NCBI GenBank assembly: GCA_029262065.1 | Contig: JAJDAC010000057.1 | Location: forward strand, 2,094 to 66,093 | DNA from: Candidatus Krumholzibacteriota bacterium | GTDB taxonomy: Bacteria; Krumholzibacteriota; Krumholzibacteriia; JAJRXK01 | Length of the DNA: 64,000 bases | Direction: 5' to 3' | The notes under the pieces: model-generated | The model's input: the letters and a program-made list of their open reading frames with translations, nothing else | What the model was told of the DNA's origin: nothing | Databases searched by the model: none | Translations under genes and position numbers: made by a program | Shown: positions 56,730 through 64,000 of the stretch, piece after piece | Layout of the letters: each line of letters starts with the position of its first letter | Position numbering within the stretch: the stretch's first letter is position 1

Positions 56730-57425
56730 ATGTCACAGAACCGCCCTGTCGTTCTTCTGGTCGAAGATGAACCCGCCATGCGAGAAGGCCTGGTGCACAA
56801 CCTGGAGTTCGAGGACTTCGAGGTTCGCGCTGCGTCCGATGGTCCCAGTGGCCTCGAGGCCGCGCGAGCCGGTGGTGTCGATCTGGTGATCCTGGATGTC
56901 ATGCTCCCCGGACTCGATGGATTCCAGGTCTTGCAGAAAATGCGCGAGGCAGGGTCGGACACGCCGGTACTTCTGCTGACGGCCAAGAGTCTGGAGTCGG
57001 ACAAGCTGGTTGGTTTCAAGCTGGGTGCCGATGACTACGTAACCAAGCCGTTCAGCGTGCTCGAACTGGTGGCTCGTGCGAAGGCGCTGTTGCGTCGCCG
57101 CGGCAAGAAGTCGGCTTCGCTCGACCGCTACAAGTTCCGCGACATCGAAGTGGACTTCGTGGCCATGGAAGTATCGAAGGGCGGCGACGCCGTCGACTTC
57201 TCGCTGAAGGAAATGGAAATGCTGCGCCTGCTCATTGAAAAACGCGGACAGGCCGTGAGTCGCAAGGACATGCTGAAGATCGTGTGGGGCTACGAAGAAG
57301 GGTCGCTGCCCGCGACCCGCACCATCGACACCCATATTGCGCGTATTCGCAACAAGTTGGGTGGCGAGGACGGGTGCGACTTCATCAAGACCGTACATAA
57401 GGTTGGCTACAAGCTGGAAGACTAG
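56730..57425 (+). CDS. OmpR/PhoB family response regulator
   Basis: LLVEDE, ILDVMLP, LLTAK, DYVTKPF; winged-helix RTIDTHIARIRNKL...TVHKVGY. Confidence 0.95.
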   Translation: MSQNRPVVLLVEDEPAMREGLVHNLEFEDFEVRAASDGPSGLEAARAGGVDLVILDVMLPGLDGFQVLQKMREAGSDTPVLLLTAKSLESDKLVGFKLGADDYVTKPFSVLELVARAKALLRRRGKKSASLDRYKFRDIEVDFVAMEVSKGGDAVDFSLKEMEMLRLLIEKRGQAVSRKDMLKIVWGYEEGSLPATRTIDTHIARIRNKLGGEDGCDFIKTVHKVGYKLED

Positions 57426-57486
57426 CGGGCACCTTGGTTTGACGCCCTGGGTCCAGCACGAATATCATCGCGGCACCCCTCTGTGA

Positions 57487-60400
57487 GTGTGCCCGATGTT
57501 CCAGCTCCTGTTCATACGACGAATACAGTTCTCGGTTCTGCTGGCGTACCTGGTGCCCGCGGTAGCCCACGGTCAACCTCTGGTTTTCCAGGACGTGTTG
57601 CGAAGCGAGTCTTCTTCCGTCCGCGAGAAGACGCCCGCTGGACTCGATACGTTTACCCTGTACGGCGGCCCGGGTTCGCTTGAGGGAAAATTCCAGACAC
57701 TGCCCGGACCCGCTGGCGTGCCCGATTTTGGTGGCTGGATCGGCGTGGACGCCACGGAGTCCGTGCTGCGGTGGCAGCTCAGCACGTTCAACGCAAGCAA
57801 TCTCAACAACAACGGCCCCGGCAACATGGCGATGTGGTGCGGCGTGTCGGCGGCACAGGAACCGGGGTACGTATCGTCTCCGGGGTACGGGAACAATTGG
57901 TGGGCTGGCATCGAGTGGACCTCGGAGCCGCTGATCGATCCCTCTCAGCCGCAGACGGTCGACCTGCAATTCTTCTTCAACTACGACACTGAACCGGCGA
58001 AAGATGGCGTTACTGTTCGTTACGAGCAGAACGGGGCATGGACCCAGGTTTTCTATGACACTGGTGGAAATGAACCGTTCGCCGCGCCTGGGGTTCACTT
58101 TCCCCAGGACGTAACGGCCGGATCCATTGACTACGTCGGGAACGACTACGGCGGTGAGAACGGCGACCAGATCCGTATCCGAATAGAGTTTGCTTCCGAC
58201 GGTGCCTGGTCCGATGAAGACGGTACTTGGCCTTCCGTAGCCGGGGCCGTGCAGGTGGATGACATCTCGGTCACGTACGACAACAACGGAACCCAGATTG
58301 ACTTCACCAACTTCGAGGGTCCCGGTCCGTTCACCTGGACCGATGCGGTTTATCCCTTCATTGGCGACTTCAGTAAACTACAGCATGGATTCGAAGACCT
58401 GGATCCGTGTCGCTCGAACAACACCGGCATGGTGGGCTTCTTCGACAACGGCATGCCCCCGAGCAACCTGTTGAATCAACCCCCGTACAACGACCCGCCC
58501 CTGAGCACCGGTGGCAGCACTTCGCCCAACTGGAACTACGGCGTGCCCGGGGGGTGGGTGGTGAATGTGAACGGCGGTGTGCATTCGAACCCCAATACGT
58601 TTCTGTCGCTGGACAATGAAATCTGGAGTCCGCCGATCGCATGGGATCTCCCCGGCACGGCCGATGATGATCCCGACGTGGCCGGGGTTCTGTTGCGATT
58701 CGATGTTTGGGAACACCTGCCGCTGGAGAACCTCGTGGTGTCCACGGCGCAGATACGGTCATCGGATGATGGCGGTGCAAGTTGGACGCGTTGGCGCCAC
58801 AACCTGGCCTACCTTGGCGATGCCCAGTGGCGGACGCGCGAGTTGTTCCTGGGAAGTGAACTCGTCGCCAACCCCACGCATGTACAGGTATCGCTGGGTG
58901 TGTTCGACTATTCTCCGTTTGGCACTTCTTCTGGCGATGCTACTCCGGCCCCGTTGTATGACAACGTGTCCGTGCACAAGTACCGCATTGCCGGGCCGGA
59001 GATCCAGGCTTCGGTCGTCAACCTCTACCAGGACAATTTCCCCGGCGGCGGTCTGAGTAGTTTCGCTACGTTGGCCGACCGTCAGCAGTCGGATGTCCGC
59101 CTCGATATCGCGCGCGATGTGGTTCCCCTGTCGCCCTCGCTGGTTCCCGGTGACGAAACCACAGCCACCGTGAAATCCGCCATTCCCGGTGTCGATGTGG
59201 CGCAGGTCAAACTGGTGTGGGTGCTCGATCGTAACCCCTGGTTCGACGACGTACGCGTGATGCCCGTGGGCGCCACCGAGGTGCTCGGCGGCGCAGCCAA
59301 TGGCTGGGACCAGTGGACCGGCGAAGCCCCGGGAACGCTGCAGCAGTTCAGCACCGACGACTTCGACTTCGATCTGCCCGACGTGGACTTTCTGCACCCC
59401 GGCGACGTTCTTCGCTATCATTTCCACGCCACCGATACCGAAGGTAGGATATCTACCCTTCCCGCCGACCTTGGGGGCTTTGCCGACGGGTTGGGATGGT
59501 CCCGAACGTACACGGTGAACGGTCTTCCTTCGGTGAACGACGACGGTGGGTCGCCGGTTACGCCCAGTGTGTTGCTCCTGGACGCCCAGGGCGACGTGGC
59601 CGATTCCGATCGCGTCCATCGAGCGTTGGCCGAAAACGGATGGTTTGAGGGCATCCACTACGATGCCTACGATTGGATCAGTCCCGGCGGGCGCCTCAGC
59701 AATGGGATCCGTTCGCGAGCGGCGTCGTCACAGCTCGATCTGTACGACACCATTCTCTACGTGGCCGGTGAAACCTCGACGAACCTGTTCAGCGATGGCA
59801 GCAACGCCAACGGCAACGACAAGAGCGACGACGAATCGCGTATGCGTGTGTGGCACGAGCAAAGCGCGGACCGCTCGATCGTGTATTTCGGTACCCACCT
59901 GGCCGAGGTCATGGCGACCAACAATGCCGACGCAGCCAACTATCTGAATGGGTTGATGGAAGTGGATTTCGTGGACGGCGACGTACGCGATGACCTGGGC
60001 GATCCATTCAGCTTACAGCTGGGGGCGTTGGTGCCCTGTCCTGGACCTTCATTCGCTCTGAGCAATGTATGTTTGACGATCGACGCCTACGACAACGTAG
60101 ATCAGGGGCTCGTCGCCGTACGCAGTCACGCATTTCTGGACGCGCAGGGTGATCCGGTATTGGGCCCTGGTCGCGCGGCCTCGGTGTTGTTTGACCGCGT
60201 GGACGGTACTGGGTTCAGGAAAGTCGATATGTTCTTTCCGTTCTCGTTGGCCCATGTGGCTTCGTCGCCCACCGGCCCGACCGATCCGGCCGGGCGTTCG
60301 GCCGCCGCGGTGTTGTTGGGTGAAGTGCTGACGACCTGCTTGGGGACTGCACCCACGCCCGGTGTGCCGGTGGCTACGCCGCCCCTGGTAGCCTCTTTGC

Positions 60401-60666
60401 GCGTACAGGTGGATCCGAATCCGTTCAACCCCAGGACAACCGTGGCCTTCGCCCTGCCGGTGGCCGGGCCGGTTTCGATGGACGTGTTCGATGCACGGGG
60501 CCGCCGAGTGCGACGTTTGCTGGAAGAACATCGATCGGCCGGAGCACATAGCGTACTCTGGGACGGTTCCGACGACGCTGGTCATGCCCTGGCCAGCGGC
60601 ATGTACATCGTACGGGTCGCGACCGCGGCGGAAACCGTGAGTCGCAAGGTTGCCTTGCTGCGCTAG
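57487..60666 (+). CDS. Large secreted multi-domain protein with FlgD-Ig/T9SS-like CTD
   Basis: Signal ending AHG; Trp/Asp/Gly-rich jelly-roll-like segments; C-terminal VDPNPFNPRTTVAF...WDGSDDAGHALASGMY. Confidence 0.88.
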   Translation: MCPMFQLLFIRRIQFSVLLAYLVPAVAHGQPLVFQDVLRSESSSVREKTPAGLDTFTLYGGPGSLEGKFQTLPGPAGVPDFGGWIGVDATESVLRWQLSTFNASNLNNNGPGNMAMWCGVSAAQEPGYVSSPGYGNNWWAGIEWTSEPLIDPSQPQTVDLQFFFNYDTEPAKDGVTVRYEQNGAWTQVFYDTGGNEPFAAPGVHFPQDVTAGSIDYVGNDYGGENGDQIRIRIEFASDGAWSDEDGTWPSVAGAVQVDDISVTYDNNGTQIDFTNFEGPGPFTWTDAVYPFIGDFSKLQHGFEDLDPCRSNNTGMVGFFDNGMPPSNLLNQPPYNDPPLSTGGSTSPNWNYGVPGGWVVNVNGGVHSNPNTFLSLDNEIWSPPIAWDLPGTADDDPDVAGVLLRFDVWEHLPLENLVVSTAQIRSSDDGGASWTRWRHNLAYLGDAQWRTRELFLGSELVANPTHVQVSLGVFDYSPFGTSSGDATPAPLYDNVSVHKYRIAGPEIQASVVNLYQDNFPGGGLSSFATLADRQQSDVRLDIARDVVPLSPSLVPGDETTATVKSAIPGVDVAQVKLVWVLDRNPWFDDVRVMPVGATEVLGGAANGWDQWTGEAPGTLQQFSTDDFDFDLPDVDFLHPGDVLRYHFHATDTEGRISTLPADLGGFADGLGWSRTYTVNGLPSVNDDGGSPVTPSVLLLDAQGDVADSDRVHRALAENGWFEGIHYDAYDWISPGGRLSNGIRSRAASSQLDLYDTILYVAGETSTNLFSDGSNANGNDKSDDESRMRVWHEQSADRSIVYFGTHLAEVMATNNADAANYLNGLMEVDFVDGDVRDDLGDPFSLQLGALVPCPGPSFALSNVCLTIDAYDNVDQGLVAVRSHAFLDAQGDPVLGPGRAASVLFDRVDGTGFRKVDMFFPFSLAHVASSPTGPTDPAGRSAAAVLLGEVLTTCLGTAPTPGVPVATPPLVASLRVQVDPNPFNPRTTVAFALPVAGPVSMDVFDARGRRVRRLLEEHRSAGAHSVLWDGSDDAGHALASGMYIVRVATAAETVSRKVALLR

Positions 60667-60691
60667 ATGCCTTCCCATTGGAGATGATCTC

Positions 60692-62440
60692 ATGAGTCGC
60701 CGTCCCGCATTCCTGCTGGTTGTGTTGGTCTGTGGTTTGGCCTTCGCCTGTGCTCCAACTACGAGTGCCCAACCGCGGTTGGTCTTGTTCTTGGCGGCCG
60801 ATCAGTTCAGAGGCGATTTCCCCGACCGGTTCCGCGACCGCCTCGAGCCCGGCGGGTTTCGATACCTGCTGGAGCAGGGTCACCATTTTCGTCAGGCGCA
60901 CTTCCAGCACTCAGCCACGGTGACGGGGGCCGGACACGCGACCCTGGCGACCGGAGCATCTCCGGCCGCCCATGGTGTAGTGGGCAATGCGTGGTATGAC
61001 CGCAACCAGGCGGCTCGCGCCTACTGTGCTGGCGACGCGAGTTGTGTTTCGTTGGATCAACGCGAACGTGACGACCGAGGCATTAGCGCCCGGAATGTGT
61101 TGGTACCAACCCTGGGCGACGTATTGGTGGGCCACTACGGCGACGCCTGCAAAGTGTTCAGCGTCTCGGTGAAAGATCGTGGGGCCGCGTTGCCTGGCGG
61201 CGCCAAGGGTCAGGCGTACTGGTATTCAAAGCAGAACGGTGGGTTCACTACCAGCACGCACTACCAGGCTCAGCTTCCCGATTGGGTGGTGGGTTTCAAC
61301 CAGCGCAGCTCGGCTTCGAGTTATACCAAGCGCGTCTGGGAACTGCTTCGCGACAGTGCCGATTATGAGTTTGCCGCTTTCGACGATCGTAGGCAGGAGC
61401 GGGGCAGTGACGGCTGGGACAACGTGTTTCCGCACACGTTGCCCAAGGCCGGGGAGCATCTCTATCGACAGTTCCCCTACACGCCATTCAGCGACGCCAT
61501 GACGGGCGAGTTTGCCCAGGAAATCCTGCGCACCCAGAAACTGGGGCAAGACGATATTCCCGACATGCTGGCCATCAGTTTTTCGTCCATGGACTACATT
61601 GGACACACCTTTGGCCCCAACAGTCTCGAACAGGAAGACAATTTCTTCCGCCTGGATCGGACGCTCGCGCGCCTCTTTGCCGTCGTGGATGAACTGGTGG
61701 GTCTCGAGAACACCTTGATTACCATGTGTTCCGACCACGGAATCGACGAGGTGCCCGAATTCCGAAACCAGCTGTGCGAGTGGTCGCGGGCCGGTAGCCT
61801 ACCCGAGGCGTTCGCGGGCGTCGTGAACTCTGGTTTTGGCTACGAAGTGGGCGACAACTGCGACGCGGCGCGCAATGAACCGGCCGAGTTGGTGGAACAC
61901 GTAAGCCGCGAGCTGCGAGACCGGCTGAACGTCGACAAGGACCTGGGTCTAACCTACTGGCATCCGAGCCTGTATCTGGACGAGCCGGCGATCAAGAGTC
62001 TGGGTTTGGACGTGGCGGCTGTCGAACGCGAAGCGCAGGCGATTGTCGAGGCAACTCCGGGCTACGCTCGGGCCTACCCGCGCCATGAATTGTTGCAAGG
62101 CAAAGCCACGGGGCCACTTGGCCCCGCGGTCCTCAAGACGTTCCACGCCGAGCGTTCTGGCAACCTGGTCGTGGTGGGCGAACCGTTTCACTATCTGTAC
62201 CAGAGCCCCGCGGGTGCCGCGGCCATGCATGGCTCACCGTATCCGTACGATACCCACGTTCCCATCCTCATGGCGGGGTGGGGAGTAGTTCCCGGCGTAA
62301 CGGAACGGCGGGTGGCCCCCGCATCCATCGCGCCATCGGTGCTGCGCATCATGGGGTTGCCGGATGTTCCGCACATGGACTCCGGTATCTTGACGGAAGC
62401 GATACTTGCCACCGACTCCGAGCCTACGGGTTCCCGCTAG
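60692..62440 (+). CDS. Alkaline phosphatase superfamily enzyme, PafA-type
   Basis: ADQFRGD, TVTGAGHAT (Thr nucleophile), KDRGA, DYIGH, SDHG, HGSPYPYDTHVP; start at ATG 60692. Confidence 0.9.
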   Translation: MSRRPAFLLVVLVCGLAFACAPTTSAQPRLVLFLAADQFRGDFPDRFRDRLEPGGFRYLLEQGHHFRQAHFQHSATVTGAGHATLATGASPAAHGVVGNAWYDRNQAARAYCAGDASCVSLDQRERDDRGISARNVLVPTLGDVLVGHYGDACKVFSVSVKDRGAALPGGAKGQAYWYSKQNGGFTTSTHYQAQLPDWVVGFNQRSSASSYTKRVWELLRDSADYEFAAFDDRRQERGSDGWDNVFPHTLPKAGEHLYRQFPYTPFSDAMTGEFAQEILRTQKLGQDDIPDMLAISFSSMDYIGHTFGPNSLEQEDNFFRLDRTLARLFAVVDELVGLENTLITMCSDHGIDEVPEFRNQLCEWSRAGSLPEAFAGVVNSGFGYEVGDNCDAARNEPAELVEHVSRELRDRLNVDKDLGLTYWHPSLYLDEPAIKSLGLDVAAVEREAQAIVEATPGYARAYPRHELLQGKATGPLGPAVLKTFHAERSGNLVVVGEPFHYLYQSPAGAAAMHGSPYPYDTHVPILMAGWGVVPGVTERRVAPASIAPSVLRIMGLPDVPHMDSGILTEAILATDSEPTGSR

Positions 62441-62650
62441 CCCGCAAATCTACCCGGTTGTTTTCTCTCGCCTTCAACGCCCGTTAACACAGCGGCGTTA
62501 GCTTCGGCACGTCCATTACTCGACATAACGGACGTTCTTCTACTCGAAGACAAATGGTTTGAGCCGGCTGGGAGATTTCCAGCGCAGAGGTTACGCAGCG
62601 TCCCTCGGCCGGCAATCCACTCTAGCTTCCTCACGGAGGTTGCAAACACC

Positions 62651-64000
62651 ATGATTCAGCGCAAGAGCATCGCGCTTGCCGTTACACTTGGCGCTCTGAC
62701 CGCCGCCCCGGCTTTGGCGCAGGTGGCCATCGATGGTTTCTGGGTATGGAACAGCAACGGCCAATCCGGTGCTGTTCAGACCATCGCCCAGATCCGCGAC
62801 GATCAGCAAAATGTACCGGATGCCACGAACATCCCCCTTTCTCCCAACAGCTCGGGCGTCGATACGCCTGGATCCAGGACTCGCACGACGATCGACATCT
62901 GGGACGCGTACACCCGCAACCAGATCCAGAACCCCGATCTGAACCCTGCCTACGCGGCTCTTCCCAATCCTGATCCCCGTCCGAACTCGACTAGCCCCGT
63001 GCTGGGATCAAACGGCGCCGCCGTGGTCGATATGTCCAAGATCGATCCGTTCTTTGATGTGGCGAACTATGCGGGTGGCCTGGACGGCGGCCCCTCGTGG
63101 ATCGATGGCTGGACCTGGTCTGGCTGCACTCCGGCCGATCAGGCGGCCCGTACCGATCTTCCGCCCAGCGATTTCGCCGGTGGTGACTTCAAGACGGACG
63201 TTCCCGCAGGCCCCGTGGGTGGCGGCGCAGCGAACGTCACCTGGAACCTCGCCGGCTCGCCCTACCTGCTGAACGGCAAGGTGCAGGTGGATGCCGGTCA
63301 GACCCTGACCATCGACGCAGGCGTCGTGGTCTTCGGCTCAGGCATCGGAACGTTCCTCGCCGTCGAGCGAGACGGGTTTCTGAACGTGAACGGAACGGCC
63401 TCCGACCCGGTGATTTTCACGGTGCCCGGCTGGGAAATCGGTGACCAGCTCCCCGGTGACTGGGGCGGCGTGGTGCTGCATGGTAAGGCCGTTGCCAACT
63501 GTGCTGGTGGTGGCGCGGTCCCTGGTTGCAATCTTACGACCACGGGCAATGACTGCGTATCCGAAGGCAACGCAGGAAACTTCGGTGGCAGCGACAACGC
63601 CGATGGCAGTGCGTTCATCCGCTACGCCCGCGTGGAGTTTTCGGGACAGGAGATCAACCTGAACAACGAGCTGAATTCCTGGACGTTCAACGCGCAGGGC
63701 ACGGGCACCGACGCTCAGTTTCTGCAGGCTCACCTGGGTACCGATGACCTGTTCGAGTGGTTCGGCGGGGTCATGGAGAGCAAGTATTGGTACGGCAGTG
63801 CCGGCCAGGACGACGGTTTCGACTGGCAGATGGGCTTTCAGGGCCGTTTTCAGCACGGCGTGCTCATCCAGGGCTGTGGCCAGGACGGCGACAAGATGAT
63901 CGAGGCCGACAACAACGAGTTCGACCTCGATTGCCCCGGTCGTTCGAACCCCATCGTGGGCAACCTGACGGGTATTGGTGCAACGGGTGGTACGCACGGA
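62651..64000 (+). CDS. Secreted parallel beta-helix-type protein, 3'-truncated by window edge (not in the ORF track)
   Basis: My translation: GGAGG RBS, MIQRKSIALAVTLGALTAAPALA signal, then TLTIDAG...GTASDPVIFT...GDWGGVVLHG...RYARVEFSG...NELN...DDLFEWFGG; no stop before 64000. Confidence 0.85.
   Translation, partial: MIQRKSIALAVTLGALTAAPALAQVAIDGFWVWNSNGQSGAVQTIAQIRDDQQNVPDATNIPLSPNSSGVDTPGSRTRTTIDIWDAYTRNQIQNPDLNPAYAALPNPDPRPNSTSPVLGSNGAAVVDMSKIDPFFDVANYAGGLDGGPSWIDGWTWSGCTPADQAARTDLPPSDFAGGDFKTDVPAGPVGGGAANVTWNLAGSPYLLNGKVQVDAGQTLTIDAGVVVFGSGIGTFLAVERDGFLNVNGTASDPVIFTVPGWEIGDQLPGDWGGVVLHGKAVANCAGGGAVPGCNLTTTGNDCVSEGNAGNFGGSDNADGSAFIRYARVEFSGQEINLNNELNSWTFNAQGTGTDAQFLQAHLGTDDLFEWFGGVMESKYWYGSAGQDDGFDWQMGFQGRFQHGVLIQGCGQDGDKMIEADNNEFDLDCPGRSNPIVGNLTGIGATGGTHG

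Noticed and set aside
62470-62500. Possible Pho-box-like 11-bp periodic repeat upstream of the beta-helix gene
   Set aside because: Only two weak, degenerate units (TTCAACG / TTAACAC); not distinguishable from chance.
1-64000. Prophage, IS or defence-island interpretation of the CHAT loci
   Set aside because: No integrase, transposase, cas, phage structural gene or att-like repeat was seen, and the CHATs carry export signals.

Overview
A 64-kb, GC-rich stretch of bacterial chromosome. I found no rRNA, tRNA, CRISPR array or mobile element. Five secreted proteins with an FlgD-Ig/T9SS-like C-terminal domain, futalosine-pathway mqnC and a bacterial topoisomerase VI suggest an FCB-group candidate lineage such as Krumholzibacteriota, Latescibacterota or Eisenbacteria (inference). 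Housekeeping or ordinary genes: mqnC, an ABC exporter, pirin, OTCase, S4 and RRM RNA-binding proteins, azlCD, mscS, top6AB, a two-component pair and a PafA-type phosphatase. Highlights: (1) an unexplained ~490-nt densely structured intergenic element ending in an intrinsic terminator (36335-36827), a candidate large ncRNA or leader; (2) two loci that each pair an ECF sigma and a Zn-finger membrane anti-sigma with an exported, catalytically intact TPR-CHAT protease and CTD-bearing secreted proteins, plus a third orphan exported CHAT; (3) a short C-terminal tail, (S/T)-W-(G/S)-A-(L/V)-K-x-x-F, on two unrelated secreted proteins, a candidate second sorting signal; (4) an uncharacterised ~300-aa domain shared by two distant CTD proteins; (5) sigma-54 promoters on mscS and a BON gene flanking a sigma-54 activator; (6) TopoVI subunits with histone-like Lys-rich tails; (7) an apparently permuted beta-helix protein at the right edge. 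All family calls are by motif recognition only; no searches were run, and several start codons were re-picked by eye.
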